From the IMG/VR virus record IMGVR_UViG_3300008259_003073: a DNA stretch of 64,000 bases, one strand, 5' to 3'. Each line of letters starts with the position of its first letter. Within the stretch, counting starts at the first letter, position 1. A program made the translations under genes and the position numbers. Below, one piece after another: positions 1 to 9,833 of the stretch. The notes beneath the pieces are model-generated. The model had not been told where the DNA came from. It was given only the letters and a program-made list of their open reading frames with translations, and did not search any database. This stretch comes from a virus (lineage: Duplodnaviria; Caudoviricetes).

Positions 1-2510
1 TTTGTGTTTCGGAATGCCACTCGTTTAGAACTTCCTGCTGCCGAACCCAAATTAAAGGATGCGGTAACCGCAGGTGCAATTAATGCTACCGATGAAGTAA
101 ATGATGTAGATGAATGTTGATAAACAAAATTTGCATTTGCTCCAGCGATTTCTATACCAGCGCCATCTGCCGTTGCCGATGATGTTGAACCACTTGCTAA
201 TGTAATTAATTTATCTTCTACTATTAATGTTGCAGTGTTTAATGTTACAGTATTACCTTGTACTACTAAATCACCACCTACTACTACATCACCTGTCGTT
301 GTTACTTTTGCAAATGTTACATTATTGCCAGTACCTACTCCTTGTATTGTTCCAGTTCCTTCTAATGTATCTAATCTACTATCTACTGAAGAACTGAATG
401 TTGTTCCAAAAGATGAAGTAAATGAGTTGATATTCGTAATAGAAATATCTACACTAGCTGATTTCGAATTTAAGTTAGTGATAGAAACACTAGCAGCGGA
501 TGCCGATGAAATCAATGAACCACTAACTACGCCGATTTCAGTCAATCTCGTATCAACGCTTGCAGTATAAGTTGCTAAAGTTGAATTTTGAGTTAATTGA
601 GAACCACTAAATGTGTTTAAGTTTGTTATTGAAATATTAGCAGCGGATGCGGAACTAATTAATGAACCACTTACTGTTGCTAATGCAGTATTTTGAGTTA
701 ATTGAGAACCACTAAATGAATTTAATGCGTCAATTGATACTTGCTGTGATGCAGAGGATGAGTTTAATGCAGTTACCGAAGTATTTACACTTGCACTAAA
801 TGTATTTAAGTTTGTTATAGAAACTCCTTGTGAATCATTTGTAGTTTTTGCTGCCGAAGCTGAAGCAATTAAACTTCCACTAACTACTCCTATTTCCGTT
901 AATCTAGTTTCAACTGAAGCAGTGTAGGTTGCTAAAGTTGAATTTTGAGTTAATTGAGAAGATGTAAATGAGTTTAAGTTTGTTATGGAAACTCCAACAC
1001 CAGAACCTACGTTTGCAACTACTTCTGCGATTGATGCGGATACTGAACCACTAAATGAACTAAAGTTTGTAGTTTGAGTTACATCAATTTGAGATGAACC
1101 ACTCACTACTCCGTTAGTTGCGTTTAATGTTCCAACACTCAATGAACCTGTTACGATTACATCACCTGCTACTGAAATACTTGTCGTACCATTCTGTGTG
1201 ATAATGGAACTTCCAATGTGGTCTTCACCAAGCGCAACCATAATTTTACCAGCTGTCAATACGGTTTCATCACCCAATGAACCAGTATTGATTGGACCGT
1301 ATATTAGTACTGCGGAATTGGCAACTTCTGTTGAACTTGAAGGTCTAACTGAAACCCAATGGTCTCTTAATGAATCCCAATAAAGTGAACCTGTAGCTTG
1401 AGTTGAACCAGAATCAATTACATCGATACCTGCAAATCTAATTGCTGGGGTTGAGGTGTTCAATACGATTGTATTATCACCTAATTGTAATACACTCGCA
1501 GTTACATTTAGAAGTGATGATGAACCATAAACAACTAAATCTTGTGTAATATATAATGAACCAGTAATTACTTGTGTTCCATTAAATACATTACCACTAT
1601 CAGTTCTTGCATAAGAACCACTATCTGCTTCAATTGCATCTAATCTTTGTTCGTGATTTGATGCAGTTGCGATTAATGAACCTGTGATGGTTGCTAATGC
1701 AGTATTTTGAGTTAATTGAGAACCACTAAATGAGTTTAAGTTTGTTATTGAAACACTAGCTGCACTTGCAGATGAAATCAATGAACCACTAACAACTCCG
1801 ATTTCAGTAAATCTAGTTTGAGCGGATTCAGTAAATGAGTTTATGTTACTAACTGAAGTATTTAAACTTGCAGTTGTAGAATTCAAATTAGTTATTGAAA
1901 CGTTTTGAGAATCATTTGTAGTTTTAGCTGCTGATGCGGATGCTATTAAACTTCCACTTACAACGCCAACTTCTGTTAATCGTGTTTCAACGGAACCTGT
2001 ATAAGTTGCTAACGTACCATCTTTTTCTAATTGAGAAGAACTGAATGAATTTAGTGCTCCTAAACTAACTAAAGTACTACCACTAAAAGTATTTAATGCC
2101 GCTACAGATGTACCAATTGCACCACTACCAATTGATGCACTTAATGCGTTGATTGATGATGCAACCGATGAACTAAAGTTACTAATGTTACCTGTTAAAT
2201 CAGGAATATCATTGGCTCCTTCACCCAACAAATATAAGGTAGAACTACCACTTGCGTAGTAAGGAACTCCTTTTACTAATCCGTTGTAAGTACCAGCCGC
2301 AAATGTATTTGGTGCTGCGTTTCCTACGAGAAATCTATTTACCGCTTGTACCTGTCCATTTTCTGGAACTGCAAATACAATCGATGCACCATTCGTTACC
2401 GTAAGGTTAGATGAGCCTGAAGCAATTACTAATTCACCTTTCTGTAAGGATGATGTTACTGCGGATAGGGCTTCTAAACTACCGCGTCTGTGTTTAATGA
2501 TTTGTGCCAT
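1..2510 (-). CDS. Ser/Thr-rich virion fibre/structural protein with internal repeats (partial, runs off the left edge; absent from the ORF track)
   Basis: ATG at 2510 (MAQIIKHRRGSLEALS...). Frame read open to position 1 (...SKRVAFRNT), >836 aa. Four copies of TRxTE(I/V)GVVSGSLIxSASAA plus several NxFSGSQLTQN repeats. The plus-strand ORFs 235-570 and 1198-1383 are its antisense shadows. Confidence 0.8.
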   Translation of the reverse strand, partial: MAQIIKHRRGSLEALSAVTSSLQKGELVIASGSSNLTVTNGASIVFAVPENGQVQAVNRFLVGNAAPNTFAAGTYNGLVKGVPYYASGSSTLYLLGEGANDIPDLTGNISNFSSSVASSINALSASIGSGAIGTSVAALNTFSGSTLVSLGALNSFSSSQLEKDGTLATYTGSVETRLTEVGVVSGSLIASASAAKTTNDSQNVSITNLNSTTASLNTSVSNINSFTESAQTRFTEIGVVSGSLISSASAASVSITNLNSFSGSQLTQNTALATITGSLIATASNHEQRLDAIEADSGSYARTDSGNVFNGTQVITGSLYITQDLVVYGSSSLLNVTASVLQLGDNTIVLNTSTPAIRFAGIDVIDSGSTQATGSLYWDSLRDHWVSVRPSSSTEVANSAVLIYGPINTGSLGDETVLTAGKIMVALGEDHIGSSIITQNGTTSISVAGDVIVTGSLSVGTLNATNGVVSGSSQIDVTQTTNFSSFSGSVSASIAEVVANVGSGVGVSITNLNSFTSSQLTQNSTLATYTASVETRLTEIGVVSGSLIASASAAKTTNDSQGVSITNLNTFSASVNTSVTALNSSSASQQVSIDALNSFSGSQLTQNTALATVSGSLISSASAANISITNLNTFSGSQLTQNSTLATYTASVDTRLTEIGVVSGSLISSASAASVSITNLNSKSASVDISITNINSFTSSFGTTFSSSVDSRLDTLEGTGTIQGVGTGNNVTFAKVTTTGDVVVGGDLVVQGNTVTLNTATLIVEDKLITLASGSTSSATADGAGIEIAGANANFVYQHSSTSFTSSVALIAPAVTASFNLGSAAGSSKRVAFRNT

Positions 2511-2555
2511 ATTGTGTTGGTTAATCCCTTTTTGATTTAATTACGATTATACTTT

Positions 2556-2564
2556 AATAAATAT
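2556..2564 (-). promoter_or_regulatory. ATATTTAT(T) promoter-like motif, variant
   Basis: Intergenic, 45 nt upstream of the ATG at 2510. One mismatch to the recurrent ATATTTATA motif. Confidence 0.45.
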
Positions 2565-2612
2565 GTTTTTTTTTACGAACCGAATGTTTCGCATGTTACA
2601 TTTATATTTTTT

Positions 2613-3032
2613 TTACCATTCACCCATGTCGATGTTAATGTTTGATTGGGATAAGGTAAGTTCTGCATCTGTTGCAAATGTATTATCCAACGATGCGGTG
2701 AATTGGTTAATAGATGCGGAATGTTGGTTCAATGGATTTAATATATCAATTACTTGTGATGAACCAGAAACTAATGTTGGTCTATTTAGTATATTTTCAT
2801 ATTCTATTGATGATGCCTGTGTTCCACCAACTACTCTAGAACCTGTGAGACTTCCCGTAGTATCTGATAATACAACTTGTGCCGATGAAGATATAACTCC
2901 TTCGGGTAATACTGCACCAACTTCCGATGTAATAACATTAATTACAGATTGCGAAAAATCGTTACCAACTTGTGCCGCCGTATTTAATGCCGAACCACTT
3001 TCTATTTGTTTTAATCTTATAAAGTTTGCCAT
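2613..3032 (-). CDS. Small virion structural protein
   Basis: 139 aa with VISSSAQV / VSGSSQV motifs shared with neighbouring fibre proteins; lies in the structural module. Confidence 0.55.
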   Translation of the reverse strand: MANFIRLKQIESGSALNTAAQVGNDFSQSVINVITSEVGAVLPEGVISSSAQVVLSDTTGSLTGSRVVGGTQASSIEYENILNRPTLVSGSSQVIDILNPLNQHSASINQFTASLDNTFATDAELTLSQSNINIDMGEW

Positions 3033-3036
3033 ATCC

Positions 3037-3045
3037 TATAAATAT
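3037..3045 (-). promoter_or_regulatory. ATATTTATA promoter-like motif
   Basis: Exact motif on the coding strand, 4 nt before the ATG at 3032. Confidence 0.6.
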
Positions 3046-3081
3046 CTTTCTTTATTATAATCCGTTTATTCAATTTTTTTA

Positions 3082-4476
3082 TTATGCAAATCTAGGAGAT
3101 AAGAAATTATATTGTTGTTGTATTTCGTTCAATGATAATTTTCTATTATATAAATACAAATTAGCCAAATATCCCCAAGGTTGACTAACTACATCATTAT
3201 TACCCCAACCCCAATGAATATTTCCACCTACACCTTGTGCAATTGAATTTCCCACTTGTGAACCATTTATATAAAATGTTTGGGATGAATTATCACCAAC
3301 TACTGCAAATTGAGTCCAAACTTCTTGAAATGCCGATGCATCGTATCCTGAACTTCTGAATGCAGTATCCCAATAACCCAATATACTTCCACCATTTGAA
3401 ATAGTAATCGGTGTATATCTTGGTGAACTTGTATAAAGTAATGTTCTAAATCCAGAATTATTATTTATCAATCTTGTCCAAGTAATGTATGTGTATCCCG
3501 TTGTTGGTAGGGTTGGACCTGTTCCGTTTACTGCAACTCTATTATTTCCGGTTGTGCAATCAAAACATTTTACACCATTTAATGTAGTAAATGTTGCACC
3601 TATCATTGTATGATTATACGAATTAGTTAAATCATAAACAGTTGTTCCACTACCAGGATAACTTGTTGAATTATTTGCATCTAATTGAATTAACAATCCA
3701 TCGGTGGTTAAATTAGGAAGTGTTGATACGGTAGAATTATAATTAGATAATATCTGTGCATCGGTTAGAGCAGAATTATATACTCTCATTATACCAAATC
3801 TACCATCGAAATTAGTTCCATCACCTTGACTTGTAGAATCTGCAAAACCAAAATTCATATAAAATGCCATAGAACTATTCATTGGTGAATCCCATGCTAC
3901 ATTTACCGAACCTTTATATACACCATCGATATATCCTTTACATACCGAACCATTATAAGTTAAAACTATTTGATGCCATTGATTAAATGAAACTGCACCT
4001 ATGTTGCCACTTGATGTTACTATACCACCATTCCAAAATCCAACTTCTAAATTACCACCAACTATTTCTATTGCGGAATGGTGATATGATGTGTTTGGAC
4101 TTGTACTATTATTGTACTGAACTAATACTCCATTATTGGTTGGATATACCCATAATTCTACTGAATGGGTTTCATTAGCCGATGTTATTAGTGAACTTAA
4201 ATTTGGTGTTGTTATATAATCATCAACAAAGGTAAAATAATTACCAGTCCAAGTTGGAGAACCTGTAATTGTTCCATTTCTACTATTACCACTTATATCA
4301 ATAATAGTTACCCCACTACCATTATATGATGCCGTATTAAATGTGTTATAATGTAAAAGTAAATTTTGAGTAACTACTGCAGATGTAGTTGGCCATATTT
4401 GATTATTATTCAAAAATGCTTTTGTTGCACTTACTCCGTTAAATTTTATATCGGTTGCATTTCCAAATACTGGCAT
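3082..4476 (-). CDS. Virion protein with two LamG/concanavalin-A-like domains
   Basis: Two LamG-type units: SVELWVYP...WHQIVLTYNG...YIDG...FDGRFGIMRVYNSALT, and YTYITWTR...WTQFAVV...FYING...LYLYNRKLS. The N-terminal ...AFLNNNQIWP motif is typical of phage fibre accessory proteins. Confidence 0.75.
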   Translation of the reverse strand: MPVFGNATDIKFNGVSATKAFLNNNQIWPTTSAVVTQNLLLHYNTFNTASYNGSGVTIIDISGNSRNGTITGSPTWTGNYFTFVDDYITTPNLSSLITSANETHSVELWVYPTNNGVLVQYNNSTSPNTSYHHSAIEIVGGNLEVGFWNGGIVTSSGNIGAVSFNQWHQIVLTYNGSVCKGYIDGVYKGSVNVAWDSPMNSSMAFYMNFGFADSTSQGDGTNFDGRFGIMRVYNSALTDAQILSNYNSTVSTLPNLTTDGLLIQLDANNSTSYPGSGTTVYDLTNSYNHTMIGATFTTLNGVKCFDCTTGNNRVAVNGTGPTLPTTGYTYITWTRLINNNSGFRTLLYTSSPRYTPITISNGGSILGYWDTAFRSSGYDASAFQEVWTQFAVVGDNSSQTFYINGSQVGNSIAQGVGGNIHWGWGNNDVVSQPWGYLANLYLYNRKLSLNEIQQQYNFLSPRFA

Positions 4477-4479
4477 AAC

Positions 4480-5355
4480 TTATCCTATTATAATGTAAAG
4501 AGTTCCACTTACGGGTGTCAATGCTGCGTATGAAGCCGATGTTATGGTTTGTATTGATGCTACATTTGATGAACTAACAAAACTAGCACTCAATGCATAT
4601 CTTGTATCAAATGAAGATGTTAATTGTGATGAACCACTAATTACACTATCTCCACCAATTGTTAAATATCTTGCATCGTATGATGAAGTTAATTGAGATG
4701 AAGAACTTATTGCTCCACTTAAACTTGTCAAAAATGAACCCGTTTCACTTTCAGTAATCCAACTACCACTTACACTCTCAATTGCATTTAATCTATTTAC
4801 TAAACTACCAGTCGAAATACTTGCAGTATATTCATTAAAAGAAGATGTAGTTACTAAATGTGTTAAACTTTGTTCGTTTGTTGCTGCAATAATTCTATTA
4901 TCTACCGATGCACTAAATGTATCAAATGAACTGGTTTGTAATCTAGCATTTATTCCGTTTGTAAATGCAGTATTTAGTGTAGATTGTGAAGATGTAAATG
5001 AATTCAATGAACTTATATCTACTGATTCGGATATAAACCCAAATGATGTTATTTGTGCAGATGAAGATATAGTTCCCGTTGGTATCGTTACCGATGAACT
5101 AATAAATCCAAATGCGGTTATTTGTGCAGATGAACTTATAACACTTCTACCTTTTGATTCAAACGAAGATGTTACAGATTCTAACGATGTTAATCTATCT
5201 CTATCTAATATATTTACTCTCGATGTAACTGCGTCTGCAAGAACATCCAATTCTATTCTATAAGTTGTACCACCATCTACACCAACAATTGTTGTATCTA
5301 ATGATGCGGATGGTAGTGGAGTTAATTCTAGTATTCTTTTTCTTACGTTTGCCAT
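4480..5355 (-). CDS. Ser-rich virion fibre-like protein
   Basis: Duplicated ISSSAQITxFGFISxS segment; C-terminal TSASYAALTPVSGTLYII motif of minor tail proteins. Confidence 0.6.
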   Translation of the reverse strand: MANVRKRILELTPLPSASLDTTIVGVDGGTTYRIELDVLADAVTSRVNILDRDRLTSLESVTSSFESKGRSVISSSAQITAFGFISSSVTIPTGTISSSAQITSFGFISESVDISSLNSFTSSQSTLNTAFTNGINARLQTSSFDTFSASVDNRIIAATNEQSLTHLVTTSSFNEYTASISTGSLVNRLNAIESVSGSWITESETGSFLTSLSGAISSSSQLTSSYDARYLTIGGDSVISGSSQLTSSFDTRYALSASFVSSSNVASIQTITSASYAALTPVSGTLYIIIG

Positions 5356-5358
5356 TTA

Positions 5359-5913
5359 TTATATTATTATATCTAAACCATCTTCGGTTGTTATGATAAA
5401 ATTATCTTCAGTTGCAATTGGAATATCTACCAATTTACCTATAACATATATATCGTTTATTGTTATGGAATCATAATCTATATAATTATCTAATAATGTG
5501 ATTACCACATTGTTTCCAACTTCTTTAACAGTGTAATGTCCTGGTAAATGTAATCCATAAACTAATATCTCAAAATTTTCAGGAGATGCTCCTTCAGTTC
5601 CATAATCCAATGCTACATTATAAATCGTAAGAGTTCCAAAACCAGTATTATCAAAAGCATCTATTAGTCTTGATACCACCCTTCCACTAAATTGTAAAAT
5701 TTCATTATGAAATTCTGATATTTTTGTTTTATTATTTACTAATTTAGTTGGGTTTGGATTGGATTTAGAATTTGAATTAAATTTATTTGTAGTCGGTGAT
5801 TCTATATTCAACAAGCTACCTGTGATGTATAACTCATCATTTAAATTATTAGGATTTATTTTTGGTATAATCCTATTTAATTTTTTCGCATTTGAATTAA
5901 ATCTATTAAGCAT
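5359..5913 (-). CDS. Virion structural protein (neck/tail region)
   Basis: C-terminal IATED...TTEDG motif; beta-domain similar to those of the two adjacent genes (5906-6235 and 6235-7350). Confidence 0.55.
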   Translation of the reverse strand: MLNRFNSNAKKLNRIIPKINPNNLNDELYITGSLLNIESPTTNKFNSNSKSNPNPTKLVNNKTKISEFHNEILQFSGRVVSRLIDAFDNTGFGTLTIYNVALDYGTEGASPENFEILVYGLHLPGHYTVKEVGNNVVITLLDNYIDYDSITINDIYVIGKLVDIPIATEDNFIITTEDGLDIII

Positions 5914-6235
5914 ATTGTTCTATATCACCTGTTACTTCAATATAATCATCGTCATCCAACTCAAATTCAAAATTATTTTTTATAAATTTGATTAGTATCC
6001 CTTCACTTCCTTGCTCTACTATATAATCGTTTGCAGAAATATATTGAGTGTTAATTATTACTCTCAATCTATCCTGCATTGCTCTGTATTCTATTTCTCT
6101 TAATAACTCAACAAATCTCCAACCTTTTGCTTCCCATATCGAATATGTAGGATGATTTAAATCCTTTGGAGTCAATTCAGGATCACCTAATTTTCTACTA
6201 ATTTTTTGAGTTATATCTAAAAGGCTTCTCTTCAT
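5906..6235 (-). CDS. Small virion structural protein
   Basis: Translationally coupled to neighbours; RVIINTQYI...FELDDDDYIEVTG domain resembles the C-terminus of the gp15-like protein. Confidence 0.55.
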   Translation of the reverse strand: MKRSLLDITQKISRKLGDPELTPKDLNHPTYSIWEAKGWRFVELLREIEYRAMQDRLRVIINTQYISANDYIVEQGSEGILIKFIKNNFEFELDDDDYIEVTGDIEQYA

Positions 6236-7350
6236 TACACATTTATAAATTTACCTGTTATGGAAATTTCATCACCGCTATCAACTTCAAATCCTAAATT
6301 TGCTTGAATAAAATTAATAATTAAAGATGATGATGTTATACTGATAGAAAAGTGTGTATTATGATAATATCTTGTACCATTTATATAAACTTTAATATCG
6401 TATGTATTATCACCAACGGTTATACCACCAGTAACTACGGATGTTAAAGCAGCTGGAGTTTTTATTAGTTTTATTCCAGCAAATGTAATCGTATTAGATG
6501 CTATTGGATTTTGTATTTTACTATTATTTAAAGAAAGAAAATCAATCAAATCTTTATTATCATAATATGGTGATGGTGTAGTTAATATACCTTCCAATCT
6601 ACCAGTCCCACTTGTTACATCCGTTTCAGTTGATACCACCACTCTTTTCGTAGAAAATGATTTTTTAGTAGTATCTTCTCCATCAAATTTTTCAGGAAGT
6701 AAATGAGCTTTAACTGATAAACTAAATTCAATTCTGTTAACTCTTTCAGTACCATCCCCAACTTCGTTTATTACATTAAAATCTCCTAAACTAGTTCTAA
6801 ATTGAAACCCATTTTTATCTCCCCAATATGTACCTGTGTATTGTAATTGTTCTATTACAGAATTTAAATGCTCTATATAAGAAGTCCAAACCATACAATC
6901 GTAGTTTAGTTCTACATATTCTGGCATTTGAATTTTATATATTTCATACTTTGGTTGAGAATTATTTCCCAATAATGTAAATCTATCATATCTATTATCT
7001 TTTGAGTATTTTGTGATACCCTGATATGTTACATGCCGATTTTGCATTGGCATAGCATCATCTTTTGCAATAGATGTTCTACGAATCATCATAATCGGTA
7101 ATTGAAGTTTACCGTTTGCATCTCTGAAAACTCCCTGTCTCCTTGCTCCATTCCATCGTTCGGAATTACCATATATGACAGGTATTTTTAAAGCTTTACC
7201 ATTATCATCTAATGTAGGTAATGCAGTATCCTCCAAATAAGACATCATAGCATAATCAATATCAAATAAAGATATCGATTGTCTTAATTCTCCTTTTTCC
7301 TTTTTAGTTTGAAGAATTCTCTCCTGTTTTCTTAATGGGTTTGTAGACAT
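6235..7350 (-). CDS. gp15: Tail terminator / tail completion protein, T4 gp15-like, with C-terminal extension
   Basis: KIPVIYGNSERW, KLQLPIMMIRRT and PEYVELNYDCMVW motifs; position follows the gp13-gp14 pair. Confidence 0.7.
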   Translation of the reverse strand: MSTNPLRKQERILQTKKEKGELRQSISLFDIDYAMMSYLEDTALPTLDDNGKALKIPVIYGNSERWNGARRQGVFRDANGKLQLPIMMIRRTSIAKDDAMPMQNRHVTYQGITKYSKDNRYDRFTLLGNNSQPKYEIYKIQMPEYVELNYDCMVWTSYIEHLNSVIEQLQYTGTYWGDKNGFQFRTSLGDFNVINEVGDGTERVNRIEFSLSVKAHLLPEKFDGEDTTKKSFSTKRVVVSTETDVTSGTGRLEGILTTPSPYYDNKDLIDFLSLNNSKIQNPIASNTITFAGIKLIKTPAALTSVVTGGITVGDNTYDIKVYINGTRYYHNTHFSISITSSSLIINFIQANLGFEVDSGDEISITGKFINV

Positions 7351-7354
7351 ATTT

Positions 7355-7810
7355 TTATGTTATTCTCTTTTCAATATTAAGATTAGATTTGCTTACTAAA
7401 AATGCAAAACATACTATACTATAAGTATTATTAGGTAAGCCACCAATAAATTGTACTTCATTCATATTACCTATTTCATAATACTGATTATCAAAATAAA
7501 CAACATCACCTATTTCAGGATGTATATTTCGTTCTTCTAACAATCCTCTATCGAATTTAAATACAACATCTTGGTTTGTATCAGGTCCAAATCCTTCATA
7601 TAGAGCCGATTCGGGTTCTTTATCAATTAATGCGTATAGTTCTACGCCAGTATGCCAGGTTTTATTTAATGCTTCACCATAGATATTTACCTTCGTTTCG
7701 TTCAAATTTATTTTGTATAAAACGACAGTATTTTCTATGACAGTATCAACCAATTCTCTGGCTATACTTTTGAAAAAATCAATATCTCTACCTAATAAAA
7801 ACTTTGGCAT
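7355..7810 (-). CDS. gp14: Neck/head-closure protein, T4 gp14-like
   Basis: TKVNIYGEA, ELYALID, FGPD...DVVFKF and PEIGDVVYF..YEI motifs; synteny. Confidence 0.7.
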   Translation of the reverse strand: MPKFLLGRDIDFFKSIARELVDTVIENTVVLYKINLNETKVNIYGEALNKTWHTGVELYALIDKEPESALYEGFGPDTNQDVVFKFDRGLLEERNIHPEIGDVVYFDNQYYEIGNMNEVQFIGGLPNNTYSIVCFAFLVSKSNLNIEKRIT

Positions 7811-7811
7811 A

Positions 7812-9020
7812 TTATCCTACATATATTTTAAGTGGAACTTTTCTCAACATTTCTTGCTGATGAGTTGATTCATGTGCTTTATTTTCCATCACATTTTTTC
7901 TACTCAATTCTTCCAAATTTTCTCTTAATTGATTTATCAACATATCCTTCTCCACTTGTGCTTCAGCTCTTAATGCAGCACCATCCAATGATACTTCACC
8001 ATCAGGTATCGGAACATTTGAGTATTTCTCTCTAATTGCTCCTAATAATTCTTTTGAAAGTGCCAATGTGTATTTTCTAATCCATTGTTTACCAACATCA
8101 TTTATATTTGAGTATTGAATAAAATCATATGGAACATCGGAATAATCGGAAAGAGAATCTGCTTGAACGGTTTGTGAATCATGTTCAAACTCATCTCTAC
8201 TCATATATTCAAAATATATTCTACTAACCGTTCCTTCGGTTGGTATTGGGAATATTTCTAATTTATTATCTACAATGTTAAAGGTATGTGCGGATTTACG
8301 AATGTGGTCATTAAACTCAATTTGTTGCATTCTCAATACATCCTCATATATTGGCATCATTAAGAATTGTGCAGCAGGTGAGAAATTACCAAACCCTAAT
8401 TCACTAATTAAGTTTAGAGTACCTTGTGCACCAACTGAATATGGGTCAAAGAAACGTGCAATAGCAGGGGTTGCTTCGTGATACATTCTAGTTACATCAA
8501 TTGTAGAGCTTCCTGAAAATAATGTTGTAAATGATGCCGATGTTTCCACATCAATAGATGCACTCATTATATTGTATTTCTGTTGTCCAGGAGTTAAATT
8601 GATATATGCTTTCTTAATAGATGTATGCCCCCCAACTCCTGCCAATGTACCATATTGTTGGGACATACGAACTGCAGTTGGAAGAAACGAACCTTCGACA
8701 AGTGTTTGTGAATAGTTTGCAACTTTACCTTTCGGTTGTCCTTTTAGAATATCAAGGTTATTACGAAGATTGAATTGATTTATTTGTGCAGAATACTCTG
8801 AAGTTGCTTCTTCAAAACACGCCCAAATTTGTTGGTTATCCAATTCTATGTTTATAACTGGATACCCCAATCGTTTTGCAACCCATACGGCTGTTTTAGG
8901 TGCATCAGTTCTAAATTCTGAATCTGAATCATATAATCCAAACGGAGTTGCTTCTGCCGATGCCGATGCCGATAAAAATGCTGCTGCCGTTGAACCCGAC
9001 CAATATGTGTTTATAGACAT
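7812..9020 (-). CDS. gp13: Neck/head-tail adaptor protein, T4 gp13-like
   Basis: KRLGYPVINIELDNQQIWACFEEA and WIRKYTLALSKELLG...KY..VPIPDGEVSLDG..L..EA motifs. Confidence 0.85.
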   Translation of the reverse strand: MSINTYWSGSTAAAFLSASASAEATPFGLYDSDSEFRTDAPKTAVWVAKRLGYPVINIELDNQQIWACFEEATSEYSAQINQFNLRNNLDILKGQPKGKVANYSQTLVEGSFLPTAVRMSQQYGTLAGVGGHTSIKKAYINLTPGQQKYNIMSASIDVETSASFTTLFSGSSTIDVTRMYHEATPAIARFFDPYSVGAQGTLNLISELGFGNFSPAAQFLMMPIYEDVLRMQQIEFNDHIRKSAHTFNIVDNKLEIFPIPTEGTVSRIYFEYMSRDEFEHDSQTVQADSLSDYSDVPYDFIQYSNINDVGKQWIRKYTLALSKELLGAIREKYSNVPIPDGEVSLDGAALRAEAQVEKDMLINQLRENLEELSRKNVMENKAHESTHQQEMLRKVPLKIYVG

Positions 9021-9044
9021 AATTCTTAATTATAGTTTTACGAC

Positions 9045-9053
9045 TATAAATAT
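9045..9053 (-). promoter_or_regulatory. ATATTTATA promoter-like motif
   Basis: Exact motif 24 nt upstream of the gp13 ATG. Confidence 0.6.
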
Positions 9054-9072
9054 AAGAATAAAAAAAGAAGTG

Positions 9073-9756
9073 TTATGCTATTTGTGTAATTGTTGCAATA
9101 ACGGATGGTGTACCTGGAATTGATGGTGTTCCTGCATCCGTATGTAAGATTCCACCATTATCATTACATGTCCATTTTATCTCCAAATAATCATTATCAT
9201 TTAAATCTGATAGGAAATTCCAAGCAGCAGGTACTTTACCCAATTGTGCCGATTGTGCTTTTGCAACATCAACGTGTGTGTTTGAATTTGGTATTGAATT
9301 ACCATTTTTTGCAAACCAAATGTTGAATACTATATTAGTATTTACAGTATTTTCTAATTGTGCACTAAATTGTAAATTATAAACACCTGCATTTTCAACT
9401 TTGATTTGTGAACCACTTACAATTGAAACACCCTCACTTAAATCGGTTGTGTTTAATTTCATTGATTGAATTGAACCAGATGAACCACTTTGAGAAGTCA
9501 TATCATAAAACTGACCATAGTTATATTGTTTGTGGCCATTATAATATAATGAACCACTAATTTGTAAACTACCTGTAATTGTTTGTGTTCCTATTAAGTC
9601 ATTGGAGCCAGTTGTTGCCAATTGTCCTGCGGAAATATACCCCAAATATCCGTCTTCTTGCTTTACTACAAATTCATCGGATTGTTCTAATGTATATACT
9701 TTTGTATATTCTTTTGCGGTTTCTTGTCTATGATATTGTTTTTCTGGATACCCCAT
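9073..9756 (-). CDS. Putative capsid decoration/structural protein (start revised to 9756, MGYPEKQY)
   Basis: The ORF-track start at 9798 crosses a terminator and promoter motif. The N-terminus from 9756 matches that of 9834-10178. C-terminal beta-sandwich (AGVYNLQFSAQL...DYLEIKW...PSVIATITQI). Confidence 0.6.
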   Translation of the reverse strand: MGYPEKQYHRQETAKEYTKVYTLEQSDEFVVKQEDGYLGYISAGQLATTGSNDLIGTQTITGSLQISGSLYYNGHKQYNYGQFYDMTSQSGSSGSIQSMKLNTTDLSEGVSIVSGSQIKVENAGVYNLQFSAQLENTVNTNIVFNIWFAKNGNSIPNSNTHVDVAKAQSAQLGKVPAAWNFLSDLNDNDYLEIKWTCNDNGGILHTDAGTPSIPGTPSVIATITQIA

Positions 9757-9770
9757 TATATGATGTTTTA

Positions 9771-9779
9771 TATAAATAT
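9771..9779 (-). promoter_or_regulatory. ATATTTATA promoter-like motif
   Basis: Exact motif directly after the terminator U-tract, 14 nt before the ATG at 9756. Confidence 0.6.
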
Positions 9780-9780
9780 A

Positions 9781-9815
9781 AAAAAAAAGAGATAACATTT
9801 CTATTATCTCTTTTT
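9781..9815 (-). terminator. Intrinsic terminator (possibly bidirectional)
   Basis: Inverted repeat aaaaagagataa-catttcta-ttatctcttttt with A/T tracts on both sides, just downstream of 9834-10178. Confidence 0.75.
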
Positions 9816-9833
9816 AATAAATTTAATTATACT

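Noticed and set aside
1-2100. Repeats in the left-hand gene or at 58667-58785 as CRISPR or DGR elements
   Set aside because: They are in-frame coding repeats without unique spacers or adenine-specific mismatches, and no reverse transcriptase or cas gene is present.
9757-9798. N-terminal MLSLFFYIYIKHHI extension of ORF 9073-9798
   Set aside because: It runs through a terminator hairpin and the promoter motif; paralogy supports the start at 9756.
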